This document shows positions 28,342 through 38,293 of a stretch of 64,000 nucleotides of DNA, piece by piece. Made by a program: the position numbers and the translations under genes. Every line of letters starts with the position of its first letter. The stretch's first letter is position 1. This stretch comes from Candidatus Moraniibacteriota bacterium (lineage in GTDB: Bacteria > Patescibacteriota > Minisyncoccia > Moranbacterales > UBA1568), in the NCBI GenBank assembly GCA_963743885.1, contig CAVURJ010000002.1:369706-433705 (forward strand), written 5' to 3'. Under the pieces are notes generated by a model. That model was not told the DNA's origin, did not search any database, and saw nothing but the letters and a program-made list of their open reading frames with translations.

Positions 28342-29847
28342 CTAATACATGATCACTGACACTGGCTGCATCTTGGCGACAGGCTTCACGATCTGGTTCT
28401 CTTCGACGCTTGCGATGACGTCTTCGGCACGCTTGTAATGCGAGGAATCTTGTTCGATCACTTTGGACGAGCGGCCGTTATAGAGCTTTACGCCTTTCGC
28501 TTCAAGTTTTTTATCGAGCTCGGCTTTGTTCTCTGGGATGACGGTATCGGTCTTCTGGGCGGACTTGCCAGCACCGTGGTTGCAGGAGAAGAACGTGGAA
28601 TCATTGCCGTCCTGGCCGACACAGAGATAGGCTTCCGTCGACATAGAGGTCGGGATGAACGCTGGTTCGCCGGTCTGCCCGAAGAGCGGATGATCGGTCA
28701 TGCGTGACGGGCCGAAAGCACGACTGGTGCCATTCCTATGCACCCAAGCCTTCTGTCCGAAGTGCTCTTCCTCTGAAACAAGGATGTGCGGCATGTCGTA
28801 GATGAGCTCAAGTTCCGGGTCACGGTCGAGGACGCGCTTGATCGTCTCGGAGACGTTGTGCGCGATGACAGCGCGGTTGGCATGTGCGAAGTTGGAGCAG
28901 GCATTCCTGGCAGCCATATAGAGGCGACCGTCTTCGCCCTCGCCATCAAAGGAGATGAGCGGCTCGGCTTTGCCGAAGTCGGATTCCCGGATTTTCTTGG
29001 CGATACCGTTTACGATCTTCTTGTACGGAGTGCTCCAGAAGAAGCGGCCGATGTTCATGAGGATAGCGGTCGAGAGGTGTTCGCGCTTCTTGGCGGTGTA
29101 CATATACATCGCATACTGTCCGAGGATGCCGGAACCACAGTGGATCATGAAGACGTACTGGCCCTTCTTGATGCCGAACTTCTCTGCGACCGTCGGATCG
29201 ATGATGTCGGTGATCTTCATGAGATCGAGGAAATGGTTACCGGCGGCTCCGAGGATGCCAGAGCGGAACTGTGCGAAGAAGAGGAAGAGCTTGGGCAGGA
29301 TGTCGTAGATATGCTTGCGTGACTGTTCCTCACCGAAGAAGTTGCCGCGATCAAGCGAATTCTCAGCCTCATATTTCGTCTCGATACCAAGGTGGTCGAT
29401 GAGCGGGCGGATGCCTTTGCGGCAGATGTCGACAATGACCCGGAACGGGAGGTAGGTGCCGACGTATGCTTTGGTCGGGACCTTCGCCACGAGTGCTTCA
29501 AAGAGACGTTCCAGTTCTTCGGGTGTCGTATTTTCCTCGGTGAGATTGGTCTTGACGAGGCGCATGCCACAGGCAGGATCACTGTCATTCAACTGTGGGA
29601 GAATGTGATGCTCGGAGAGGACGGTCGTACCGGTCGCGTTCTTGCGGCCAGGCTTGCTGTGCACGTCGGCCATGGCAGCGATGTGATGGAAGACCTCCTT
29701 GTTTGATGCGACGCTCTCGAGCTGGACAAGAGTCGAATCGTTCGGCAAAAGCTCATCCTGCACGTGGAAGATGACAGGAACCCTCATTTTTCCTGTCTTG
29801 AGTTCGGATCGATAATCGGATATTTTCTTGATATCGTTTGCCAACAT
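28342..29847 (-). CDS. RtcB-family protein (divergent)
   Basis: ADVH, DPACGMR, GNHF, HCGS, VHRNG, SCNHGAGK and HYK in RtcB order. Confidence 0.85.
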   Translation of the reverse strand: MLANDIKKISDYRSELKTGKMRVPVIFHVQDELLPNDSTLVQLESVASNKEVFHHIAAMADVHSKPGRKNATGTTVLSEHHILPQLNDSDPACGMRLVKTNLTEENTTPEELERLFEALVAKVPTKAYVGTYLPFRVIVDICRKGIRPLIDHLGIETKYEAENSLDRGNFFGEEQSRKHIYDILPKLFLFFAQFRSGILGAAGNHFLDLMKITDIIDPTVAEKFGIKKGQYVFMIHCGSGILGQYAMYMYTAKKREHLSTAILMNIGRFFWSTPYKKIVNGIAKKIRESDFGKAEPLISFDGEGEDGRLYMAARNACSNFAHANRAVIAHNVSETIKRVLDRDPELELIYDMPHILVSEEEHFGQKAWVHRNGTSRAFGPSRMTDHPLFGQTGEPAFIPTSMSTEAYLCVGQDGNDSTFFSCNHGAGKSAQKTDTVIPENKAELDKKLEAKGVKLYNGRSSKVIEQDSSHYKRAEDVIASVEENQIVKPVAKMQPVSVIMY

Positions 29848-29856
29848 AGTTTTATG

Positions 29857-29985
29857 AAATTCAAAATTCAAAATTTCAAGTTCCAAATAAATCTTAAATC
29901 CTAATATTCAAACCCTGAGCGTTTTTGTTTTTGGATTTTGATATTGTTATTTATTTGGAAATTGTGATTTTGGATTTGTAATTTA
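29857..29985. repeat. AT-rich heptamer-periodic palindromic element (copy 1)
   Basis: ..TTCCAAATAAAT....ATTTATTTGGAA.. core with (TTCAAAA)-like arms. Confidence 0.8.
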
Positions 29986-31101
29986 TAATGAATCATATAT
30001 ACGTTCATATTGTTCCACGGTCTTTCGGAGATCGAAGCGCTCTTCGACGAACGCGCGGGCAGCGGTGCCGAGCCGGGCTCTGGCGTCTGGATTATCCTTG
30101 AGATAAGCCAATTTTTCCTCGAATTCTCTCGCTATGCCACGGGGTATAGTAGCACAGATGTTCTCATTTGAGAACTCCGCGAAGATGGGAAGATCAGAGA
30201 GAATGACTGGCTTGCCGCAAGCGTAAGCTTCGATGATGACGAGCGGCACATCGAACTTGCCGCGCATGTCGTTCACGGGGAAAGCCATGATGTCGGCAAG
30301 ATTGTAGAGCTTGGGCATGTCGGCGTAGGTATCGGTGAAGCGTATATGACCGATGACACCGGCTGCCTCGAAGCGCTTTACAATCTCCTCCTTCTTCAGA
30401 CGGTCGTCCTCATGCTTGACGCGACAGGCAAAAACGAACTTCATATCCGAATCCGGATGCCGAGTGAAGTATGAAATCAACCACTCGGTGAGCATATCGG
30501 TCGCGCCGAGGCGGACGTATTCGCCCGGGTACATGACGACGAAGTCCTTCTCGGTAAGACTGAAATGTGCGAGCGCGGCGGTATCCTTAGCGGCCGGGCG
30601 GTAGAGATCAAGGTCGATACCAGGATAGATGCGCGTGACGTTCGTGAAGCCGAGACTCTCCAGACGATGCAGGGAGTAGTCAGAGTAGACAATGATGCGG
30701 TCGGCGAAAAGGAGTTCTCTCAGCTGCTTGGGACCGTAGAGGTCCTCGCGGAGCGTCGCGACGGTCTGGATGGTCTTGCCGCGGGTCGGTCGGCTGAAAT
30801 AATTGATGATTGAGGTGTTGTTGCGGGTCGGTGTGAAAAGGTAGTGCGTGATATCAAACTTGTTCCGCAGACCGCGCAGGCTCTTGAGCAGGCGGAGCTT
30901 CTCGGAGAAATCAAGCTCATTCTTGGTGTAGCAGGGGATTTGCGTGACATTAGCTGGCAGGTCGGAGAGCCAAACGGGCGTCGTCAAAATACTCACATGA
31001 TGAGTCGTGAGCGACTTCGCGAGGAAGTAGGCGAAGTTCTTGGAGGCTTCGTCCCAGGGAGGAACCAATGGACGAGTAGCGAGAAGAATCTTTTTGATCA
31101 T
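29983..31101 (-). CDS. GT4 glycosyltransferase
   Basis: IYPGID and PLVIIEAYACGKPVILSD motifs. Confidence 0.85.
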   Translation of the reverse strand: MIKKILLATRPLVPPWDEASKNFAYFLAKSLTTHHVSILTTPVWLSDLPANVTQIPCYTKNELDFSEKLRLLKSLRGLRNKFDITHYLFTPTRNNTSIINYFSRPTRGKTIQTVATLREDLYGPKQLRELLFADRIIVYSDYSLHRLESLGFTNVTRIYPGIDLDLYRPAAKDTAALAHFSLTEKDFVVMYPGEYVRLGATDMLTEWLISYFTRHPDSDMKFVFACRVKHEDDRLKKEEIVKRFEAAGVIGHIRFTDTYADMPKLYNLADIMAFPVNDMRGKFDVPLVIIEAYACGKPVILSDLPIFAEFSNENICATIPRGIAREFEEKLAYLKDNPDARARLGTAARAFVEERFDLRKTVEQYERIYDSL

Positions 31102-31108
31102 ATCTTAT

Positions 31109-31256
31109 AAATTCAAAACTCAAAATTTCAAGCTCCAAATAAATCTTAAATTCTAATTTTCAAAATTTTAAACATTTCGATGTTTTTGATTTTGATATTG
31201 TTATTTGTTTGCCTGCCTGCCGGTAGGCAGGGAAATTGGGATTTTGGATTTGGTGC
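31109..31256. repeat. AT-rich palindromic element (copy 2) with nested CCTGCCTGCCGGTAGGCAGG hairpin
   Basis: Same core as copy 1; a GC-rich mini-palindrome is inserted in the right arm at ~31212-31231. Confidence 0.8.
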
Positions 31257-31264
31257 TTATGTAT

Positions 31265-31624
31265 TCATCGATATAGTTCTTTCTTCTCCGTCCCATCGCT
31301 TACAATGACCGAGGTACGGGTACCGGGTACGGCCGGCTGGTCTGGCGTGATAGTGATCGATTTTCCTTTCTCGACGATGAAGGAAGCTTCAGAAAGCACT
31401 CGCTTATCGGAAATGATCTGGTAATCGAAGCGCGCAGTGTCGCTATGGTTACCAACGATGAAGGCAAGGTTGTCTGCCTGGTCGAGCGCGACAAATGAGA
31501 GCGTCCACCAGCTGCCGGCGCGGTCAGGATCCATCTCGCGCGCATTCTGCCAGAAAAGAAGGACGGCGCTTGCGGCGAAGAGGGCGAGGAACGCAATGAT
31601 GAGAGTCTTTTGGGACATAGTCAT
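31265..31624 (-). CDS. Hypothetical membrane-anchored protein
   Basis: N-terminal TM and small beta-rich domain; in operon. Confidence 0.65.
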   Translation of the reverse strand: MTMSQKTLIIAFLALFAASAVLLFWQNAREMDPDRAGSWWTLSFVALDQADNLAFIVGNHSDTARFDYQIISDKRVLSEASFIVEKGKSITITPDQPAVPGTRTSVIVSDGTEKKELYR

Positions 31625-31626
31625 TT

Positions 31627-31747
31627 AAATTCAAAATCTCAAGCTCCAAATAAATTCAAAATCTTAATTTCAAAATCCGAAACGTTTGATTTTTTGAGTT
31701 TTGATATTGTGATTTATTTGGAAATTGTAATTTTTGATTTGTGATTT
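31627..31747. repeat. AT-rich palindromic element (copy 3)
   Basis: CTCCAAATAAAT...ATTTATTTGGAA core. Confidence 0.8.
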
Positions 31748-33716
31748 ACTTCGTTCTTTTATAAATATCCACCAGTTCAGAAGCATATACTCTGGAGAAA
31801 GATGATGATTTCTCGAACTGCGCCGTATCGTATGCCGGGTTGACCATGACGAGGTCAGTACTGGTCTCGGCATAGCATTTCTCTCCTTGTGGGGTATTGG
31901 GCACTGAGATCATGAGGAGTGTGCACTGCTCGCGGTTTGGATTGTCCTCGTAGCGCTTGAAAAAACCACGTGAGAACGGATAGGAGTAGTCGCGCATGAA
32001 GAAGAGCTTGATCCAAGAGTCCGCGGAGAGATAGTTGTGATCTTTGAGAACGACATCGCTCGTGTCGGTCCGATCTGAGAGATAGCGCGACGCGGCGAAG
32101 GTTTGGGCAGCTTCAAGAGATTTGGTTGCCGGTAGAAGCGTCTGGCTATTGTCGAAGGATCCGCTGCCGGACGCGAAGGCAAAGACAGAAAAAATGGCGA
32201 CGAGAAAAAGAATCGGCGGGAAATAGGTCCTTCGGTCGGTATTCCGGATCCAGGCGAAGAGCATGATGATGCCAAAAGCGGCGAGCAGACCGAGCGGAAA
32301 GGAGAGATACGCGCCGATGCGGCTCGAGGGGATATCGATGAAAAGCCACTCTGGTCGCATGGTCATGATAAGGAGGATGATACTCCAGCCCGCGAGGAAG
32401 GCGCCAGCATAGGAACGGCGGGCCTTGCGGAGCATAAGGAGAGCGGCGAGTCCTGCGAGGCCGAGAGCGACGCGTGCTTCGCCGTTTGAGGATGCGATCT
32501 GCAGGAAGGAAAGGCCAGTGCGTGTCGTCTTGGTCGGAGTACCGATGGCGGTGCCGACGGCATGGGTCTCGATATAGGTCGGCATTGCGACTGCGAAGAA
32601 GAAGACGATGCAGGCAATCGCGACGAGAAGCGGTCCAGGTGAGAGGATGAGTCGCATCCAGGAACGGAAAGTCTCTTGGAGGTCATCTGATCGGAAGATG
32701 AGATAGGCGAAGACGGAAGCAGCGAGCGTGAAGAGGAGAATGAGTGTACTCAGATGATGCGTGTAGGCGAGTGTGAAGGTGAGGAAGAATCCGAGCGCGA
32801 GGAAGCCAGAGCGTTTTTCAGTGAAAGCGCGGTAATAAGCGAGGAGGATGAGTGGGATGAAAAGGTTGCCGAATGTGTTGCCGACGACGCCGCCGGAAAC
32901 GAACTTGGCTTGTGGCGAGGCAAGACTGTAGATCGGTCCGAAAAGGAAGAGTGTAGCAAGTGCGATATTGCCAGGATTGAAGATGCTTTCGGAAGTGAAG
33001 AGGCCTTTCAATCCGGAGGCGAGTCTATAGGCAAGGAAAGCGATTGCAAGGAGTGCAAGGAGATTGACGAAGAGGAGGAAAACAATCGGGAAAGCTGAGA
33101 AAAAGCTAGCGCCGGAGAAGATCGCTACCGCCGCGAAGGGAAGATGCTCGCCGATGATGAAGTCAGCGATTGGCTGCGGATCAGATAGAGCATAGGCGCC
33201 GTCGATGCCGGTCACGATCTCTTGCTTCGCATAAGAGGGGAGCGTACCGGTCTCCGCGACGAGTTTCGCCCAGTACATATGATGACCGAGGTCAGTCGCG
33301 GTCGGAAGCACAGCGTGCATCATGTAGATGGTTTTGATAAGGAGAGTCAGCACGAGGATAGAGAGGAAGACCCAGCCTTGGCGCTTCGAGAAGGCGGGCT
33401 GATCAGAGAGGATAGCTGCCCCAGTAGTTTCTGGTCGGACTTTCCGTATGAGTGAGATGACAAGTACGAGGAGTGCGAGTCCGGAAAGCGTGCCTGTCGC
33501 GAGCGAGAGCGGACTGAAAAGCACCCCGGACTTGCCGAGGGCGATCATGAGGAAGTCGAGGAATCCGATGCTTGTTGCGAATGAGAACAGAAGTGTCTCA
33601 AACGGCACGAGTGAGCCATCCTTCCTGAAAGCGGCACGCAGCAAAAAGAATCCTGGTACGAAAAAAAGGATGCCAGAAACAAGAAGGAATGAGAATGAAG
33701 GGAAAAATGCGTGCAT
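31746..33716 (-). CDS. Polytopic membrane protein, probable GT-C fold
   Basis: Many TMs; luminal TDLGHH motif after first TM block; YTHHLS. Confidence 0.6.
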   Translation of the reverse strand: MHAFFPSFSFLLVSGILFFVPGFFLLRAAFRKDGSLVPFETLLFSFATSIGFLDFLMIALGKSGVLFSPLSLATGTLSGLALLVLVISLIRKVRPETTGAAILSDQPAFSKRQGWVFLSILVLTLLIKTIYMMHAVLPTATDLGHHMYWAKLVAETGTLPSYAKQEIVTGIDGAYALSDPQPIADFIIGEHLPFAAVAIFSGASFFSAFPIVFLLFVNLLALLAIAFLAYRLASGLKGLFTSESIFNPGNIALATLFLFGPIYSLASPQAKFVSGGVVGNTFGNLFIPLILLAYYRAFTEKRSGFLALGFFLTFTLAYTHHLSTLILLFTLAASVFAYLIFRSDDLQETFRSWMRLILSPGPLLVAIACIVFFFAVAMPTYIETHAVGTAIGTPTKTTRTGLSFLQIASSNGEARVALGLAGLAALLMLRKARRSYAGAFLAGWSIILLIMTMRPEWLFIDIPSSRIGAYLSFPLGLLAAFGIIMLFAWIRNTDRRTYFPPILFLVAIFSVFAFASGSGSFDNSQTLLPATKSLEAAQTFAASRYLSDRTDTSDVVLKDHNYLSADSWIKLFFMRDYSYPFSRGFFKRYEDNPNREQCTLLMISVPNTPQGEKCYAETSTDLVMVNPAYDTAQFEKSSSFSRVYASELVDIYKRTK

Positions 33717-33803
33717 AACACGATGTTAGACATAAAACCACCCCTCAGTCTCGATGACTCAACAGCTCCCCTTGGAAAGGGGAGCGGGAGAGAGGTAGAA
33801 TCT

Positions 33804-34889
33804 CTATCTAGTATGCACTTTTTCGGCTATTTTTTCCAGTGCCTCGATATAGAGGCGAGAGACGTATTCCCAGGAATAGTGATCCACGACATAGCGGCGG
33901 ACCTGCTTTCGGAAATCCGCAAGTTTGGCATTGTCCGCGAGGAGCTCGGTGATGACGGAGACGTATTGCTCTATATTCTCTGTTTCGACGAGCCGACCGT
34001 TCTCGTCATCCTTGATGGCGTCCATCAGTCCTTCGAGTGCCGAGGCGACGACAGGCAATTCACAGGAGGCAGCTTCAATGACGGAGATGCCGAAACCTTC
34101 CATGTCACCTTCTACCTTGATATTTGGCTGGATGAAGAGGTCACAGGTATTGAGGAGTGTATCGCGCACATCATCCGAGACGTAGCCAAACATTCGGACG
34201 CGGTCAATCATCCCAGCATCTCTGCGAGCATGCTCGATATGCTCGCGGTCGACACCGTCACCAGCCACAACATAAAGGATGTTCTCAGGAAGCGCTGGCA
34301 TGACGTTCCTCACGAACCAGGCGACGCCTTTGCGCAGAGCGAGCCGGCCGGAAGTGAGGAGGACGTGTTTACCCGCAAGCGAAAGACCAAGGATGTCCTC
34401 GAGCTCCTTCCGATCATGTTGACCGAAATGCTTTTCCGTATCGACGCCGTTCGGGATGAAGGTGAATTTGGCTTCCGGGATGCCACGCGCGACGCCCTGG
34501 CGGATCGTCTCATTGCCGACAGCGATCAGCCCGTCGAGCGAAGGGATGAAGAAGTGGACCCAGACGGCCTGGTAGAAAGCACTTTTGAAAGTGAGGTCGA
34601 GCCCGTGAACGACCGAAATGATGGTCTTTTTCGGATAGCAGAGCTTCACGGCCCATCCGACGCAGGCGAGCACGCCATCACCAAGAAGGAGGACGTCATA
34701 CTGTGGCATGAGAAAAAACGCTTTGATGAGCGCGTAGGGCAGGAAGAATGGCAGAAAGTTCTTGCCTTTCGTATTGGCGATGGTCCGGACCTCCGCGTGC
34801 TTTGGCAACCACTCTGAGAGTTCGTAGTTCTGGTTCTCAATGCCACCGACGATCGGAGGGTAGGCACGGGAGATGAACAAAATCCGCAT
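33804..34889 (-). CDS. GT4 glycosyltransferase
   Basis: YPPIVGGIE, GRLALRKG and EGFGISVIEA motifs. Confidence 0.9.
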   Translation of the reverse strand: MRILFISRAYPPIVGGIENQNYELSEWLPKHAEVRTIANTKGKNFLPFFLPYALIKAFFLMPQYDVLLLGDGVLACVGWAVKLCYPKKTIISVVHGLDLTFKSAFYQAVWVHFFIPSLDGLIAVGNETIRQGVARGIPEAKFTFIPNGVDTEKHFGQHDRKELEDILGLSLAGKHVLLTSGRLALRKGVAWFVRNVMPALPENILYVVAGDGVDREHIEHARRDAGMIDRVRMFGYVSDDVRDTLLNTCDLFIQPNIKVEGDMEGFGISVIEAASCELPVVASALEGLMDAIKDDENGRLVETENIEQYVSVITELLADNAKLADFRKQVRRYVVDHYSWEYVSRLYIEALEKIAEKVHTR

Positions 34890-34892
34890 AGA

Positions 34893-35026
34893 TTTGAAAG
34901 CACAAAATTCAAAATTACAATTTCCAAATAAATTCAAACAGTAAAAAATTCAAAAATCAAAACGGCCTGATTTTGAAAATTAGAATTTGTGATTTATTTG
35001 GAACTTGAGATTTTTGATTTTGAATT
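34893..35026. repeat. AT-rich palindromic element (copy 4)
   Basis: TTCCAAATAAAT...ATTTATTTGGAA core with heptamer arms. Confidence 0.8.
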
Positions 35027-35980
35027 TTATTTCCCGTATCTTTCCTTCTTCAGCTGGTACATCAAATCCTCGGTCAGCTTGCGGTTGGACTTGATCATAT
35101 CGGCGATGAAAGCAAAGATGAGGAGCTGGATGCCGATGATGAAGGTCACGCTCGAGATGATGAGGTAGTTGAGATACGGCGTGATCTTGAAGCCGCTTGC
35201 GAAATATTGAACGAAAAACGCGATGAATCCGGCGAAAGCGAAGCCGATAAGGATGAGCCCCGGGATGCCGAAGAACTTCATCGGGCGGACATCGCGCACG
35301 GCCTTCAGGATAATGCGGGCGCTGTTGTTAACGAAGCTCCAGACGCTCTTTACGATCTTGGACTTCCGATCGGCGAAGTAGGTGACCGTGACCGGGACCC
35401 AGAGGACGCGCAGGTTCTTGCCGACAGCATCGATGATGGTCTCTTGGGTATAGGTGAAGCCGGTCGGATTGTTGAGGCGGAGCAGCGTCTCGCGGCTGTG
35501 TGCGCGGAAGCCGCAGGTGAGGTCATCTGTCTTGACGTTGAGGAATGACCCTACGAGCGATGCACCGAGACGATTGAAGAAATCCTTGATCCATGGGATG
35601 TTCTTGGCGGTCGACTGCGAGAAGCGGTCACCCACGACCATATCAGCCTTGTTCGTGAGGATAGGGTCGATGAGTGTCTGGATCTCGGCAGCATCGAACT
35701 GGCCGTCCGCATCGATATTAACCATGATATCAGCGCCTTCCTTGAGGGCGTTCTCGCTCGCGGTCGCGAACATCACGCCGAGGCGTCGGTTGATGCCGTG
35801 CCGGAGGACAAAATCTGCGCCAGCTTCTTTGGCGACATCGGCGGTGCGGTCGGATGATCCGTCGTCGACGACCTGGATGAAGGTCTCATCGATGCCGTTG
35901 AATCGGCGTGGCATATTCTGGATCGTCTTGCCGATGACAGACTCCTCGTTGTAGGCCGGGATGTTGATGATGAGACGCAT
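35027..35980 (-). CDS. GT2 polyprenol-phosphate glycosyltransferase (DPM1-like)
   Basis: IPAYNEE, VDDGSSD, DADGQ and GFRA motifs; two C-terminal TMs. Confidence 0.9.
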   Translation of the reverse strand: MRLIINIPAYNEESVIGKTIQNMPRRFNGIDETFIQVVDDGSSDRTADVAKEAGADFVLRHGINRRLGVMFATASENALKEGADIMVNIDADGQFDAAEIQTLIDPILTNKADMVVGDRFSQSTAKNIPWIKDFFNRLGASLVGSFLNVKTDDLTCGFRAHSRETLLRLNNPTGFTYTQETIIDAVGKNLRVLWVPVTVTYFADRKSKIVKSVWSFVNNSARIILKAVRDVRPMKFFGIPGLILIGFAFAGFIAFFVQYFASGFKITPYLNYLIISSVTFIIGIQLLIFAFIADMIKSNRKLTEDLMYQLKKERYGK

Positions 35981-36023
35981 ACCAAGTGTGATAAGTGATG
36001 ATTGATGAGAGACAGATGATAGA

Positions 36024-36239
36024 TTAGAGCTTCTGGATTTCCTTGAGGTCCTTGTCGGGGAGATAGAGGATTAGGAGGCCGATGACCACGCCGCCGATAG
36101 CTGTAATCATCTTGTTCCCGTCGAGCAGGTAGATATCCACGCCATCAAGGACGTGCCATATGCCACGCCATACCAAGACGAGCCCGATGACGATGCTGAG
36201 ATTCTTCGTGAGATAAGAGAGCGTCAGCTTATGTTTCAT
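36024..36239 (-). CDS. Small membrane protein
   Basis: Two TMs with WRGIW motif; co-oriented in operon. Confidence 0.6.
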   Translation of the reverse strand: MKHKLTLSYLTKNLSIVIGLVLVWRGIWHVLDGVDIYLLDGNKMITAIGGVVIGLLILYLPDKDLKEIQKL

Positions 36240-36279
36240 AGGATAGCTTGGTTAGGCGGATATATGGATGATGTCTGTT

Positions 36280-36531
36280 CTACTTTGATGACTGCTTCTT
36301 GATGAAGAGCGATGGATCGACGCAGCGGAATTTTGTGATGCACTGCTCCTTCACACCCTCGACGCCCTTGCTGATGAGCGTCTTTTGGCACTCATCAAGC
36401 TGCTTACGGCACTCTGCTTGCGCACCTTTGAAATAGCTCACGTTGAGCTCATAACCGAAGTAGGGCAGCACGAAATACGCGATAACAGCAATCCCAGCGA
36501 TCCAGATGATGAGACGGATGAGGTGAAACAT
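36280..36531 (-). CDS. Small membrane-anchored protein with four Cys
   Basis: N-terminal TM and helical Cys-containing C-terminus. Confidence 0.6.
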   Translation of the reverse strand: MFHLIRLIIWIAGIAVIAYFVLPYFGYELNVSYFKGAQAECRKQLDECQKTLISKGVEGVKEQCITKFRCVDPSLFIKKQSSK

Positions 36532-36642
36532 ATCTTTTTGATATTTATCCGTTAACGAGTTATACGGGTTAACGGGTTACAATCCAATGAATTTCTCACT
36601 CGAACTCGTTAACGCGTGAACACGTTAACTGAATAACCGTAC

Positions 36643-37932
36643 TCATCTGCCGATGCCACGATAGACGAACGACTTCTCCTTCATGAAAAGGTCACGGTCG
36701 AGACAGTTCTTGCCGTCGAGCACTGCTTTGATCTTGTATTTCTTGAGCAGCGCCGGAGTGAGCGCCTTCATGAACTCCTTGTGGTTGGTCGCGATGAAGA
36801 GCGCATCGGACTTCTTGAGGAGTGCCTCGAGACTCTTCACGGTCGAGAGCTTCGGCAGGTATGGATCATAGGACTCCACCTTCGCCTTGTGCTCCTTCAG
36901 GTGCTTGATCACTTCGATGGCTGGGGATTCGCGCAGGTCATCGATATCCGCCTTGTAGGCGAGGCCGAGGACGCCGACCGTTGTACCGTTCATAGCGATC
37001 TTCTTCTCATTAAGCGCGTCCTGGAGCCGTTCCACGGCATACATCGGCATATTGTCGTTGGTCTGGATAGCGTGGCGCAGGAAGACATGGTCGAAGCCGG
37101 ATTCCTTGGCACGCTGCACGAGATAGTGCGGATCGACCGGGATGCAGTGGCCGCCGATGCCACAGGACGGGTAGTGTGCCATGAAGGCGAACGGCTTGGT
37201 CGCGGCGCCGGTGATGACATCCTTCACATCAATGCCGAGCTTGTCGAATGACATAGCGATCTCGTTGACGAACGCAATATTGACGTTGCGGAAGGAATTC
37301 TCAAGGATCTTGGTCGCTTCGGCTTCGCGGATGGACTTCATCGGCCGGATATCGGCATCGATGATGCTTCGGTAGAAATCGAGCGACATCTGGAGGCCCT
37401 TCTTGTCGAATGAGCCAACGACGCGAGGGATGTTGGTCACATCCCACTTCGGATCTCCAGGATTGATGCGCTCCGGGCAGTGCGAGATGAAGACATCGCG
37501 GCTTACAGTGAAGCCATACTGCTCGAAGATCGGCTTGACGACTTCCTCGGAGACGTACGGATTGACGGTTGATTCGAGCACGACGAGCGCGCCTTGCTTG
37601 CAGTGCGTCGCCACCGTTTCCGAAGCGCCGATGACCGGGGTAAGGTCCGGCTGACGAAGTTCATCGACCGGTGTCGGAACGCAGATGATATGGATATCGG
37701 CCTGAGCGATATCTTTCGGATTACTGGTCACCTTGATAGGGTACTTTTGCTGGTTCTTCTTCAGGTAGGCATCTTTGAAGATCTGCTTCCCAGCTTTGAG
37801 AGCTGTGATCTTGCGCTCATCGATATCAAAACCGATGACGTCGTATCCGCGCTCCTTCGCCCGCACAGCGAGCGGGAGACCGACATATCCGAGACCAATC
37901 ACTGCCACCACCGGCTTCTGTGTCTTTGCCAT
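36643..37932 (-). CDS. UDP-N-acetyl-hexosamine 6-dehydrogenase (WecC/WbpA family)
   Basis: GLGYVGLPLA, ICVPTP, ESTV, PERINPG, GGHCIPVDP and YKADIDDLRESP motifs. Confidence 0.9.
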   Translation of the reverse strand: MAKTQKPVVAVIGLGYVGLPLAVRAKERGYDVIGFDIDERKITALKAGKQIFKDAYLKKNQQKYPIKVTSNPKDIAQADIHIICVPTPVDELRQPDLTPVIGASETVATHCKQGALVVLESTVNPYVSEEVVKPIFEQYGFTVSRDVFISHCPERINPGDPKWDVTNIPRVVGSFDKKGLQMSLDFYRSIIDADIRPMKSIREAEATKILENSFRNVNIAFVNEIAMSFDKLGIDVKDVITGAATKPFAFMAHYPSCGIGGHCIPVDPHYLVQRAKESGFDHVFLRHAIQTNDNMPMYAVERLQDALNEKKIAMNGTTVGVLGLAYKADIDDLRESPAIEVIKHLKEHKAKVESYDPYLPKLSTVKSLEALLKKSDALFIATNHKEFMKALTPALLKKYKIKAVLDGKNCLDRDLFMKEKSFVYRGIGR

Positions 37933-38005
37933 AGCGATCAAAACAGAGGAATTAGATATGACTCCATTGTAGGCGACAAGGACCCCTCTGGCAAGGTAAA
38001 AATCC

Positions 38006-38198
38006 AAGTAACTGTCTAAAATCTCACCGCTTCATAAAAGAAGAAGAGGATCTGCTTGTCGGCTGAAATTCTGAAATTTCGGCTGCAAAACGCGAATGCT
38101 TCGTCAGGTTATCTTCCAGGTAGCCTTTCCGAACCCTTCACATTTTTCGCACGAAATTTCCGAATTTCAACTCGACATGAGATTTTAGACAGTTACTT
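38006..38198. mobile_element. MITE-like element, 193 bp
   Basis: Perfect 21-bp terminal IRs AAGTAACTGTCTAAAATCTCA / TGAGATTTTAGACAGTTACTT; internal IRs; no ORF. Confidence 0.7.
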
Positions 38199-38293
38199 AA
38201 AAGATTGGCTTTCTTTGGGATAAGAATGTAAACTTGATTCTAGATTTCACAGCTTTGTAATTTGGGTTTTGGATTTTGGTATTTACTTCGGAT

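Noticed and set aside
33711-34817. Long antisense ORFs (also 6314-7432, 16869-17666, 51612-52265)
   Set aside because: Shadow frames of well-supported genes on the opposite strand
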